Counted from the first letter of the stretch, positions 17,767 through 27,116 are shown. The stretch: 64,000 nt of DNA from a virus (IMGVR_UViG_3300025250_000043:5115-69114); one strand, 5' to 3'. The notes: generated from the letters alone by a model not told the origin. A program made the numbers and translations.

Positions 17767-20216
17767 TCGGTCACTTCCTCGACTTCTAGGACGATCACGC
17801 GGTTCCCCGAATAGGTTCCGACCTTTTCCTTGTAATAGGTCGTTTCATCGCGCACGCCCACTACGCGGTATTGCGTGCCGCGCGTGATGATCTCTTGCTC
17901 ATAGTCGGTTCCGCGCAGCATCGGCGTCCCCTTCTTGAACACGGCTTCCATAACGAAGGCTGTGTCGCCCTGGCCCGGAATGTTGATGGCGGAGCCGTTC
18001 GCAAAGTTCGACGCCGCCCTCTCCCGAACCGAGAATGACATATAGCCGTCATCCGAAACAACCAGGCCCTTGAGATCGTCGACCTTGAAGTCGGCCGGAA
18101 CGCGGGTCGAGCCGAATTGCTCTTTGAGCGTGTGGCGAATGTCGAAGCCGCGAAACCCCTGCATATCGACCGGCGCTTGGTTCTTCATGAGGGCGCGGTC
18201 CATCCTGGCGATCTTGTCCGCCGTCGCGCCGCCGAGCTCTTTGATCTTTCGGCGGTCGCCCTTGTGCTCGCGGAGCATGGCGTTGATGGCGCGATAGGTC
18301 GAGCCCTTGTACTGGTCGATCGCAGTCGCCTCCGGCGCGGTCACGTCGTTGTAGTGCTGGCCGGCCCATGAGAAGTATTCGTGGTCGGCTGTCTTGAGCT
18401 TGTAGAAGGTATGGCCGTTCGCGCCCTGTCCGATCTCGTGCTTGATCGACATGATCTCTTGATCGGAGAGCTGGATTTTCTTCCCGGCCTTTTTCGCGGC
18501 GGCCAGGGCGGCTTTGATCTTCGCCGCTTCCTCTGCGGCGGCCAGTTGTTCGGCGGCGGCCTTGGCGGATGCCGCCTTGGCTTCCTCGATCGCCTTCGTG
18601 GCGTCGATGTATTGGAACTTGACCGTCGGCTCTTTCAGGGCTTCGGCGGCCTTGATAACCGCCTTGCCCTCGATCAGGTGGAATTTGCCGTCGACCTTCG
18701 CGCCGTAGACTGGTTTGGTCGGATCAAAATTCTGAATGATCGCCTTGACCGTGTCGGCCTGCACCGTACCGCCGTAGACGATCTCGATATCGCCGAGAGC
18801 AACGTCGGCAACCTGGCCGCTGGCCTTGGCGGTTTGCGCGTTCGCTCCGGCGTACATTTTGGCGTAGCCGCTCGCGGCCGGCGACGATGACGGCTGCTTG
18901 AAGTTAAGGGCGCCCTGCTCCGCCTCCGCGTCGATCCGCGCCAGGCCGGCGTTTACCTTGGCTTCCGCCGCTTCCTTCGCGGCCTTGGCCTCGTTTTCGA
19001 GGGCGAGCAATTTGGCGGCTTCAGCTTCGGCGGCTTTCTTCGCCGCGATAGCCTCCGCGCTCTCCGCAATCTTGACCTTCGCGGCGGCCTTGGTCTTCGC
19101 CAGGGTCTTCGCCGCCTCCGGCTGGATTGGGGCCGGCGGCGAGTTGCGCTTCACCGCGCCAGGATCTAGGGCGGCTTGCTTTGCGGTCTTGTCGCCGAAC
19201 GCGCGCTTCCATGCGGCGGCGTCGTTCGCCTTTAGTTGGTCGAGCGTGAGCGGCCGGCCGCTGTCGGCGACGAATTTGTCGAGAGCGATTCGGCCGTCCT
19301 TCCAAAGCTTTTGCTTTGCCGGGCCGAGCACTTCCTTTTGAACCGCGTCCGGCTGGTCGGCCAGCCATTTCGCGTAGTCGTTCACCGCCTCGACTTCCTG
19401 GCCGATGACGATCGGGGCGATTGTCGACCGACAGTTGACGTGTGCCGGCGGGATCGGGTTCGTCGAGTTCGGGGAATTCTGGTAGACCGCGCCGGCCCTC
19501 GATCGGCAAACCGGCGTCGTGCGCGCGTCGAGAACCGAAATCCACTGGTAGCGATCGAACACGTCCGCGTTGTCGTCGAGGAAAGTCTTGTGGGCGGCGT
19601 TTGAGACGTGGTTGACGGCCGTCCGCACCAAAGCCTCGACGCCGCGTTGCGTGCCGCGCAGAACACCGTCCCCATAGTTGAGGGCTCGAGTTCCGCGAAT
19701 GCGCCGGACGATCTCCGGAATGCCCTCGCCTTCCATGACGCCCATCAGCACGGCGTCGTGGACCTTTTGCTTGATCTGGTCGGGATACTGGAGAAGCCAA
19801 TCCTTGATGTAGCGGCCCTGAAGCGGGCGCGTGGTAACGATGGCTTTCAAAAGCTGCGGAGCCGGCGTCACAAAGTTGGTCGCGAAAGGCAGGGACGCCG
19901 AATAGGTGTTGGCCGCCCACTGGGCTTCATGCACCGCGAGGTCGCCGAGCTCCGTCTCGACGGTCGAGTTGACGACGGCCATCGCCTCGACGGCGGTGGC
20001 CCGAACCTGGGCGAGCAAGTTCGCAAGATGCTGTTGCGTGGCGTTGTTCGGGCCGGCCGTGGTCGCGCCGACGCTTGGCATGGCCGAGAGCTTGGCGACG
20101 ATGTCGGCCTCGACCTTGTTCAGCTTGTTCAGGATTTTTTTGTTGAGGGCTACGCCGTAGCGCTCCAGCCCTATGCGGTGTTGAACGAGTAGGTCGTGGG
20201 CAACCGCGTTCGGCAT
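17763..20216 (-). CDS. Head morphogenesis protein (SPP1 gp7/MuF) fused to C-terminal ADP-ribosyltransferase (VIP2/Alt-like)
   Basis: N-terminal MuF motifs YQWISVLDARTTPVCRSRAG, PPAHVNCRS; C-terminal YKGSTYRAINAMLR, FRG, YMSFS, EQE. Confidence 0.9.
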   Translation of the reverse strand: MPNAVAHDLLVQHRIGLERYGVALNKKILNKLNKVEADIVAKLSAMPSVGATTAGPNNATQQHLANLLAQVRATAVEAMAVVNSTVETELGDLAVHEAQWAANTYSASLPFATNFVTPAPQLLKAIVTTRPLQGRYIKDWLLQYPDQIKQKVHDAVLMGVMEGEGIPEIVRRIRGTRALNYGDGVLRGTQRGVEALVRTAVNHVSNAAHKTFLDDNADVFDRYQWISVLDARTTPVCRSRAGAVYQNSPNSTNPIPPAHVNCRSTIAPIVIGQEVEAVNDYAKWLADQPDAVQKEVLGPAKQKLWKDGRIALDKFVADSGRPLTLDQLKANDAAAWKRAFGDKTAKQAALDPGAVKRNSPPAPIQPEAAKTLAKTKAAAKVKIAESAEAIAAKKAAEAEAAKLLALENEAKAAKEAAEAKVNAGLARIDAEAEQGALNFKQPSSSPAASGYAKMYAGANAQTAKASGQVADVALGDIEIVYGGTVQADTVKAIIQNFDPTKPVYGAKVDGKFHLIEGKAVIKAAEALKEPTVKFQYIDATKAIEEAKAASAKAAAEQLAAAEEAAKIKAALAAAKKAGKKIQLSDQEIMSIKHEIGQGANGHTFYKLKTADHEYFSWAGQHYNDVTAPEATAIDQYKGSTYRAINAMLREHKGDRRKIKELGGATADKIARMDRALMKNQAPVDMQGFRGFDIRHTLKEQFGSTRVPADFKVDDLKGLVVSDDGYMSFSVRERAASNFANGSAINIPGQGDTAFVMEAVFKKGTPMLRGTDYEQEIITRGTQYRVVGVRDETTYYKEKVGTYSGNRVIVLEVEEVTE

Positions 20217-20456
20217 CTAAAGTCAACCAGAATTTTTGTTGATTTCGCAAAATTTGATGTCATTCTAACAATCTTCCTTGTTTTTTGGAAGGTCACATTT
20301 GCCGGGCGCACAAGCGTTTTTGTCAAAAGTGAATTGCGCATCCGTCCCGACGCGAGTAAGGGGCGGCTTCCTACCACCCACGAAACGGCCCAAAATGAAG
20401 CACCGAACGATGCATTCTCACGCCCGCCGAGCACCTTCGACGCGGGGGCCTTGCCT

Positions 20457-21335
20457 ATGACGCAAGACGCCAAACAACCCTATGTGCGGTTCTTCGTGTC
20501 CGACTGGCTTGGCGGGACACGCGGCATGAAGTCGAATGAGATCGGCGTCTACATCACCCTGCTTATGCTCATGTATGAGCGGGCGGCTCCGGTGCCGGAG
20601 AACCATGAGCGCTTAGCGCGCCAGTGCGGTTGCACGCCGAAGACCTTCTCGCCGATCCTCGAAATGCTGGTCGACGACGGCAAAATTCGCCGCGTCGAGG
20701 GCGGTCTTTGGAACGGCCGCGTGGAAAAAGAATTCGATTTCCGTCGAAAAAATTCGGAAGGCAATTCCAAGGCCGCAAAAAATCGCTGGCAAAAACCCAA
20801 TAAAAACAATGACGATTCGATGCAGGCGCATAGCGAGCGCAATGCGGATGCAATGCCTAATCCAGAAGCCAGAAACCAGAATATAGAACCTGACGGTTCT
20901 AGCGCGCCTCCGGCCGCGCCCAAACCACCGAAGCCGACGGAGCCTCCGAAGCCGACGGCGCGCCAAGAGCTCGAAACGGTTCTCAGCCGAGCGACCGCCG
21001 ATGCCGTCCTGAAGCACCGGACGAAAATCCGGAAGCCTCTCACCGACCACGCCGCGAAGCTGCTCGCCGGCAAGTTCGCCAAATGCAGCAACCCCGACGC
21101 GGCGGCCGACGCGATGATCGCGAATGGCTGGCAAGGCTTCGAACCGGAATGGGTCGAGGGCCGCCAGTCGCGAAACCAGAACAACGGACCTACCACCCAA
21201 CGCGGCTCCGGCTTCCTGGCCGACCTGGCGCGTGAAACCTACCACGGAGACGAAACCAATGAACGACTTGGACTTCAAGAAACGGGCGGCGCTGTTATCG
21301 ATGCTACTCGCCTCCTTCCCGGAGGCGGCCGGTGA
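20457..21335 (+). CDS. Replication initiator (DUF1376/YdaU family)
   Basis: PYVRFFVSDWLGGTRGM..EIGVYITLLMLMY; C-terminal AMIANGWQGFEPEW. Confidence 0.85.
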   Translation: MTQDAKQPYVRFFVSDWLGGTRGMKSNEIGVYITLLMLMYERAAPVPENHERLARQCGCTPKTFSPILEMLVDDGKIRRVEGGLWNGRVEKEFDFRRKNSEGNSKAAKNRWQKPNKNNDDSMQAHSERNADAMPNPEARNQNIEPDGSSAPPAAPKPPKPTEPPKPTARQELETVLSRATADAVLKHRTKIRKPLTDHAAKLLAGKFAKCSNPDAAADAMIANGWQGFEPEWVEGRQSRNQNNGPTTQRGSGFLADLARETYHGDETNERLGLQETGGAVIDATRLLPGGGR

Positions 21336-21654
21336 CAGCGAGGCCAAGGGCCGCGCCTACCTACTCGCAACCCGCGACATCGAATTGAGCGTGCTTGAAA
21401 GGGCGGTCGGCCGCTTCATGCGAGGCGAGGTCGAGGGCCGCAACCCGGTATTCTGCCCGTCGACCGCCGAGCTATGCGCGGAGGTCCGTCGGCTTGAGGC
21501 GCACGATCGATATATCGAGCACAAGGCCAAGGCCGACAAATTGCCCAAGCCGAGGCCGGAGCCTGAAGCCGCGATCTCGCCAGAGCAAAGGGCGGCGACG
21601 GTCGCGAAGCTCCGCGAGAAATTCCCCGGCTTCTTTGGCGGCAAAGTCGAGTGA
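21259..21654 (+). CDS. Replication accessory protein (helicase-loader/inhibitor-like)
   Basis: LLASFP...AYLLATRD...RAVGRFMRG...FCPSTAEL; follows initiator; CCTACCACGGAG RBS. Confidence 0.6.
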   Translation: MNDLDFKKRAALLSMLLASFPEAAGDSEAKGRAYLLATRDIELSVLERAVGRFMRGEVEGRNPVFCPSTAELCAEVRRLEAHDRYIEHKAKADKLPKPRPEPEAAISPEQRAATVAKLREKFPGFFGGKVE

Positions 21655-21711
21655 CAAAATTTTTTGTCATACCCGCTTGACGACGTTTTCTAAGTGGCCT
21701 AAATCTAGGCC
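21652..21711 (+). promoter_or_regulatory. Composite early promoter (18-bp operator + TTGACG-N17-TAAATC + GGCCTA-N4-TAGGCC)
   Basis: TGACAAAATTTTTTGTCA 21652-69; TTGACG 21677; GGCCTAAATCTAGGCC 21696-711. Confidence 0.8.
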
Positions 21712-21741
21712 ACACAAGAGAAACGAAACGGAGCCTTCGAC

Positions 21742-22061
21742 ATGAACGCCGCAAGCATCCTTGAAGCCGCCTACAGCCATTCCGCTTCGATCGGCATCGA
21801 TATGCTGGAGCGTGTCGGCGACAAAGGCGATTGCGGAAATGCCTTCGTCGTGATCCGGCCGGCGACCGGCGCTTTCGTGAAGCATCTGAAGGCGGCCGGC
21901 ATCGGCGAAAAGCATTGGGAAGGCGGCTGGAAAGTCGATGTCTGCAACGGCCTGAAGCGCCACACCCAATGCCGCATCGTGTTCGAAAAGGCGGCCGACG
22001 CCTTGTCGAAATCCTCGAAAAGGCCGGCATCAAGGCTCACACCTATTCCCACGCCGATTGA
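21742..22061 (+). pseudogene. Small phage gene with apparent 1-nt frameshift near 22002
   Basis: Frame 1 reads MNAASILE...FEKAADA; the shifted frame continues VEILEKAGIKAHTYSHAD*, a plausible C-terminus. Confidence 0.5.
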
Positions 22062-22117
22062 GCAATGGCCCGGGTTTAAACCCTTCCGCTCACCTACCAC
22101 GCAAACGGAGAACGACC

Positions 22118-22369
22118 ATGACCAAGAAAGAATTCTTGACCGCCTACATCCTGGCACGCGCTGGCGCGATTTCGGGGTCCGTGACCGCCGACAAGCTGGT
22201 CGCCTCGGCCGCCAAGGTCTGGCAGGAAATCCAGTATGAAACCGGCGCGGCAACACGCCCTGTCGTCGTCGAGCATCAGCCGGCGGACAACGTCTATCAG
22301 ATCGGCCACCATCCGTTGACGGGCGAGATTTTCGACGATGTCGACGACGGTTGCGAGATCGGCCAGTAA
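22118..22369 (+). CDS. Hypothetical phage protein
   Basis: MTKKEFLTAYILARAG; CCTACCAC...GGAG RBS. Confidence 0.75.
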   Translation: MTKKEFLTAYILARAGAISGSVTADKLVASAAKVWQEIQYETGAATRPVVVEHQPADNVYQIGHHPLTGEIFDDVDDGCEIGQ

Positions 22370-22415
22370 GTCGGCCAGGACGGAAGAGCGCGGCCACAAA
22401 CCGCGCTCTTTTATC

Positions 22416-22473
22416 TGACAACCTTTTTTGTTGACATTTCGGCCGGAGCCGCCGATCGTTCTGCCCCTACCAC
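22416..22473 (+). promoter_or_regulatory. Operator-overlapped promoter
   Basis: TGACAA-CCTTTT-TTGTTG overlapping TTGACA; CCTACCAC at 22466. Confidence 0.65.
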
Positions 22474-22485
22474 GGAAGACGACAC

Positions 22486-22728
22486 ATGCAACCCTCGAAA
22501 AAAGCCATCGTGAAGGCGGCCGAGCGCATATGCGCCAAGACGCCCGGAATGTCCGCCGAAGCCGGCGCGGCATGGAATGCACTCGGCGCGGAGATCGGCG
22601 TCGCGTTCGAAGGAAGGGCGCGGATCGAAGCGTGCGACAAGGCCCGGCTCGCGATGCTGCAATCGATCATCGAAGGCAACGACATTCAATGCGCCACACT
22701 CGACGGCCGAAGGGCCGTCGACCTCTAA
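22486..22728 (+). CDS. Hypothetical phage protein
   Basis: 80-aa ORF after CCTACCAC-GGAAG. Confidence 0.7.
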   Translation: MQPSKKAIVKAAERICAKTPGMSAEAGAAWNALGAEIGVAFEGRARIEACDKARLAMLQSIIEGNDIQCATLDGRRAVDL

Positions 22729-22757
22729 AACTCAACCCCTACCACAGGAGACGAAGC

Positions 22758-23189
22758 ATGACCCCGGCACAGATCAACAACGCCCTGGAGCGCCTGAAGG
22801 CCATGGTCGGCCCGAAGGCTTACATCGCCATCACCATGTCCAGCGACACGACGCCGGTACGCGCCGTGATCTATCCGCGCGGTGTAACCGACATGAGCCT
22901 TCCGGCGCTGCATGTGAACGCTGCCACGTTTGAAGAGGTCTTCGCCGAGCTCGACACTGTTTGGCTTCAGCACCGCGCGAAGCATCACCATGTCAGCATT
23001 CGCAAGATGGCGCTGGAGATCATCGACCTAACCCATCGCTCCGGCCAATGCACGGAGGCCGAGCTCCGCAAAAGCTTTCCCGCCGACGAGATCAAATTCT
23101 TCGGCTCCGACGCCCTCACCATGGCGGCGGAAATGTCGGGCGGAAGGCAGTTCTTCATCCTTCCCGAACCGGCCGCCCTGGCGGCCTAA
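22758..23189 (+). CDS. Hypothetical phage protein
   Basis: MTPAQINNALERLKAMVG; CCTACCAC-AGGAG RBS. Confidence 0.75.
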   Translation: MTPAQINNALERLKAMVGPKAYIAITMSSDTTPVRAVIYPRGVTDMSLPALHVNAATFEEVFAELDTVWLQHRAKHHHVSIRKMALEIIDLTHRSGQCTEAELRKSFPADEIKFFGSDALTMAAEMSGGRQFFILPEPAALAA

Positions 23190-23356
23190 TTCCAGACATA
23201 GCGCGGCACCTTGCCGGAGCCTCCAGCCCGGCAACAGAAGCTGAAACCCGAAGCCGAGGACCGCTAGGCGGAGGGCGTGCCGGTTCGACCATGGTCAAGC
23301 CGGGGGCGGTGACGAACAGGAAACCCGCCATTTCCTACCAAGCAACGGAGCCGAAA

Positions 23357-24508
23357 ATGTACCATCTGGAAACCACCGCGGGGCTTTTAAGCACCGCTCT
23401 GAAGACACTTAAACCGCTCGTCGAGGCCCGGAATACGATTCCGATCCTTGGCGCGGTTCTTTTCGAGGGCGCCCGCGCCTCGACAACCAATCTCGACATG
23501 ATGATGTCGGTAGGGTTCGGCTCGATCAAGGCGGAAGGGCGTGCTTGCGTCGCCTACTCCTATCTGGAGCGGATCATCCGGTTGATCGACAAAGACGCGG
23601 AGATCGAGATCGACGTTGACGCCGAAGCCAAGGCGACTTTGACGTTTCCCGGCGGCCTGTATCGCCTCCCAGGCTTCGACGCGGCCGACTTCCCAAGCCT
23701 CGATATGCCCGCGACAGCGGCCACGATCGGCGGCATAACCGACAAGTTCAAGGCTGCCCTCGCCTTCACAAGTCCGAGCATTTCGACGGAGGAAACCCGC
23801 TACTACTTGAACGGCGTCTATTTCGACGGCCAGGACGGCAAGCACGGCGTTGTCGCCACCGACGGCCACCGGCTTTCCTGCTATCCGCTCGACTTCGACG
23901 CGGCGGCCCTTTCCGGAACCATCTTGCCGCGCTCCGCCGTGGCCGTGCTGCTGAATCTTCCGAAGCCGAACACAATCCGGGTGGGCGACGGCCATCGCGT
24001 CGAGTTCCAATTTGATGGCGTGACGCTCTGGACGAAGACGATCGACGGCACCTTCCCTGACTGGCGGCGCATCGTGCCGAAGAGGGCCGAAGCCAAGCAA
24101 TCGGCGATCTTCGACCGGCTGTCCCTCCAGGCCGCGACGAAGCGCGTCATGGCGGCGGCGACCGAGCGCGGTCGGGCTATTCAATTCGCCTTCGGGGACG
24201 GCCGTACAGCGATTGGCGCGAAGACGCTTGACGCTTCCGGCATCGAATACCTCGACGGCGTCGAACTGGCCTCCCCGGCCGGCGGCGAAATCTCCTTCAA
24301 TGCCGCCTATGTGCTGACCACGCTGGAGCAACTGAAGCACAACGCCCGCGTCAAAATGTGGGTCGACGATGCCGGGGCACCGGCAACTATCACCGGAGCC
24401 GACACCGACGCGAAGGAATTCATCATCCTTATGCCGATGCGCGGCGACAGCGACTTTGCACGCAATGAGCTCGCCCGATTGGCCGCTCCGCTGAAGGCCG
24501 CAGCATGA
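23357..24508 (+). CDS. dnaN: DNA polymerase III beta sliding clamp homologue
   Basis: RNTIPILGAVL, AADFP, ISTEETRYYLNGVY, VATDGHRL, IDGTFPDWRRIVP, ISFNAAYV, ILMPMR. Confidence 0.93.
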   Translation: MYHLETTAGLLSTALKTLKPLVEARNTIPILGAVLFEGARASTTNLDMMMSVGFGSIKAEGRACVAYSYLERIIRLIDKDAEIEIDVDAEAKATLTFPGGLYRLPGFDAADFPSLDMPATAATIGGITDKFKAALAFTSPSISTEETRYYLNGVYFDGQDGKHGVVATDGHRLSCYPLDFDAAALSGTILPRSAVAVLLNLPKPNTIRVGDGHRVEFQFDGVTLWTKTIDGTFPDWRRIVPKRAEAKQSAIFDRLSLQAATKRVMAAATERGRAIQFAFGDGRTAIGAKTLDASGIEYLDGVELASPAGGEISFNAAYVLTTLEQLKHNARVKMWVDDAGAPATITGADTDAKEFIILMPMRGDSDFARNELARLAAPLKAAA

Positions 24509-26025
24509 ACGCGATCATGCCACGCGACACCGTCGCGGAGATCGTGAGCGCCAGGGATAAGGCCCTGGCGCTCTACGAAGTGGCGCACGCCAAGATCATT
24601 GAGGCGGCCGACGCTGAAGAGGCCGCAATGGAAATGGCGAAACGCGCCTTCATGGGTTGCGCGAGCTCCTACACGTCCGCCCACGCCGGCGAAGTGAAGG
24701 CGTTCTTCTCCGCTGTCACCCGCCCCGATCGCGAGGGCTATCTCCGCACTGCGCGCCGGCTGATCGACCTTTCCGTTTGGGGCGCCATTATCCAGCGCAC
24801 CGACCTTGAAAGGCTCATGGACAAGGAAGCGAAAGACCAACTGCGAAAGCAGATGGCCTATGTCCCCGAGAAGACGAATCATCGCGGCGAGCTCATCAAC
24901 GCCGACGAGATCGAGGCGGGAATGCCGCCCGTCACCGAAGAGAACATCATCGCGACGCTGGAGCGGTTCGCGGGCGACGCCGGGATGATCTTTCATCGGG
25001 GCGTCGCGAACGCCTTTTCGAAGCTCGATCGACGCTTCAAGTCGCATGACGGCTTCAAGGTCGGGTCGCGGATGATCATCGACCACGCCTTCAACGAATT
25101 CGGTAGCTGGAGCTTCTACCGCAACCACCAAGACACGCTCATGGATATCGAGCGCGCCTTCACCATTCTGGACGGCAAGGGCGTCAAGGCGAGCTATGCC
25201 GGCATCGTCGGCGTGATCGACGAGGCGCGACGCGGTCGCGGCTTCCTGGCGTCGCAATCCGAGCATGAGGGCGATTATTTCCGGGTCCGCATCTTCAAGA
25301 ATGGCAACATGCACCTTTGGTTTACCCGGAAAGACCTGGTCGAGAAGGTGAACCGCATCCTGGCGGACTGGTATGGGGCCACTATCGCCGACGGCCAGGC
25401 GACCCCCGAAGATCCTTTTGCGAACGTCAAGCACACTCCGGCGCGGAATTTCGGCTTCTTCCCGACGCCGGACGATGCCGCCGAGCGCGCGGTGGGTTCC
25501 GTGTCGTTCGTGGTCGAGGAAGGGAAGCACGCCCTTCGCGTTCTGGAGCCGTCGGCAGGCACCGGCAACCTGGCGCGTCGTTGCCTTCGTGCGGGCCGCG
25601 AGCCGCGCAACGGCTATGTCGAAAAGGCTGTAGTCGACGTGGTGGAAATCCAGCCAGCCCTTGTGTCGGCCCTCTCCGCATCCGGCCTGTATGCCAGGGT
25701 CTATGCCGGCGACTTCCTCCGCCTGGAGCCGTCTACAACCGGGCTCTATGATCGCGTCGTCATGAACCCGCCCTTCGACCGCGAGCGCGATATCGACCAC
25801 GTCGTTCATGCGCTCAAATTCCTGAAGCCGGACGGCATCCTTGTTGCCATCATGTCGGCGGGGACGGAGTTCCGCGAGACGAAGAAATCCGAAGCCTTCC
25901 GGGCCATGATCGCCAAGCTGAAGGGCCGCTTCACGGAGCTCCCTGCCGGTTCGTTCTCGTCGGTCGGGACCAACGTCAACACCGTGATCTTACGCGTGAG
26001 CAAGGCCGGCCGCGATCTCTACTGA
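24505..26025 (+). CDS. DUF4942-domain class I SAM-dependent (amino) DNA methyltransferase
   Basis: FFPTP, VLEPSAGTGNL, VVMNPPF; N-terminal RVRIFKNGNMHLWF. Confidence 0.88.
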   Translation: MNAIMPRDTVAEIVSARDKALALYEVAHAKIIEAADAEEAAMEMAKRAFMGCASSYTSAHAGEVKAFFSAVTRPDREGYLRTARRLIDLSVWGAIIQRTDLERLMDKEAKDQLRKQMAYVPEKTNHRGELINADEIEAGMPPVTEENIIATLERFAGDAGMIFHRGVANAFSKLDRRFKSHDGFKVGSRMIIDHAFNEFGSWSFYRNHQDTLMDIERAFTILDGKGVKASYAGIVGVIDEARRGRGFLASQSEHEGDYFRVRIFKNGNMHLWFTRKDLVEKVNRILADWYGATIADGQATPEDPFANVKHTPARNFGFFPTPDDAAERAVGSVSFVVEEGKHALRVLEPSAGTGNLARRCLRAGREPRNGYVEKAVVDVVEIQPALVSALSASGLYARVYAGDFLRLEPSTTGLYDRVVMNPPFDRERDIDHVVHALKFLKPDGILVAIMSAGTEFRETKKSEAFRAMIAKLKGRFTELPAGSFSSVGTNVNTVILRVSKAGRDLY

Positions 26026-26070
26026 AGAAACGGTCGGACCGCCCTGGCTCGACCATTTCTTTTGTTGTTT

Positions 26071-26088
26071 TGACAAATTTTCTTGTTG
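26071..26088. promoter_or_regulatory. 18-bp palindromic operator
   Basis: TGACAA-ATTTTC-TTGTTG. Confidence 0.7.
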
Positions 26089-26151
26089 CTTTTCCATAAA
26101 AAGCGCGTAGCATTTTAGGCGTCCTACCACCTACCACGAGGAACGTCTGAC

Positions 26152-26286
26152 ATGCTTTCGACGCCGATCATCCCGGCCGCGCTTTATCGCGCCATCGCCG
26201 CCGCCGCGACCGTCTATCTCTTCTACGCCATCTGGAGCGCGGTCGCCCATCTGGACGCCGCCCTCGCTGTCGCCAGCCGGGTCTAA
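26152..26286 (+). CDS. 44-aa membrane peptide
   Basis: MLSTPIIPAALYRAIAAAATVYLFYAIWSAVAHLDAALAVASRV; tandem CCTACCAC and GAGGA RBS. Confidence 0.55.
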   Translation: MLSTPIIPAALYRAIAAAATVYLFYAIWSAVAHLDAALAVASRV

Positions 26287-26292
26287 TCGATC

Positions 26293-26682
26293 ATGAGCCG
26301 CCGCGAACGGCGTTACATGGCGCGCCAGCAATGCAAGCTGGATGCCGCCTTCATGCGGGCCTATCGCGACGACGCGAGGGCCAGGCAATGCAATGAGTGC
26401 GCCTACTGTGAAGACGCAATCACCCCGAAGACGGCCACGGCTGACCACGTCATCCCGAAGGCGGTTTTCGGCAAGGATCACAGGAACAACATCGTTGCCG
26501 CGTGCAGTCATTGTAACCGCGTAAAGGGTCATATGCCGGAGAAGCTTTTCCGGCGCATGATCGAGAGCCCGAAGTCCGGAGAGCCCTTGGTTTTCCGGCT
26601 CATTCACTTCCGCATCCGCGTCAATCGGCGGCTGAAGCTAATGAGCTCCCGCCTCGATCGCGCAACGCGCGTTGTGGCCTAA
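26293..26682 (+). CDS. HNH endonuclease
   Basis: CAYC...TADHVIPK...NIVAACSHCNRVKG. Confidence 0.9.
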   Translation: MSRRERRYMARQQCKLDAAFMRAYRDDARARQCNECAYCEDAITPKTATADHVIPKAVFGKDHRNNIVAACSHCNRVKGHMPEKLFRRMIESPKSGEPLVFRLIHFRIRVNRRLKLMSSRLDRATRVVA

Positions 26683-26706
26683 ATCCTACCACCGAAGGAA
26701 ACAGAA

Positions 26707-26940
26707 ATGGCGACCAATACCACTTCGCAAAACGACCTGATCCTTGAACACCTTCAGGTGTTGGGGACGATCACGCCGCTGGAGGCGCTGAAGGATTACG
26801 GGTGCCTCCGCCTTGGGGCGCGCATCCACGACTTGAAGGCCAAGGGCCATCATATCACGATGGACCTGATCGAGGTCGGCGACCACGGGAAGCGCGTTGC
26901 GCAATACTCCCTGGCCGCGTCGAAAGCGCTTGCGGCATGA
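26707..26940 (+). CDS. Winged helix-turn-helix protein
   Basis: ILEHLQVLGTITPLEALKDYGCLRLGARIHDLKAKGH. Confidence 0.85.
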   Translation: MATNTTSQNDLILEHLQVLGTITPLEALKDYGCLRLGARIHDLKAKGHHITMDLIEVGDHGKRVAQYSLAASKALAA

Positions 26941-27116
26941 CCACGGTCGAGCCCGATCACTACGCCGACGCCGATCTCGCGACCAAGATCATCCTGTCCG
27001 AATTGGAGCGAGATATCGCGGCGCAACTCGACATCGAATTCCGCCGGCCGGCCAGGCGTCCCCGCACCGGCCAGCGCCGGCCGATCAAGCGGCGGCCTGA
27101 CAACAAAAGTTGTTGA
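26937..27116 (+). CDS. Hypothetical small protein
   Basis: ATGA coupling to previous gene; MTTVEPDHYADAD. Confidence 0.5.
   Translation: MTTVEPDHYADADLATKIILSELERDIAAQLDIEFRRPARRPRTGQRRPIKRRPDNKSC

Noticed and set aside
1-20216. Tailocin, eCIS or gene transfer agent rather than phage
   Set aside because: Capsid, portal, terminase, replication, repressor, integrase and att site are all present
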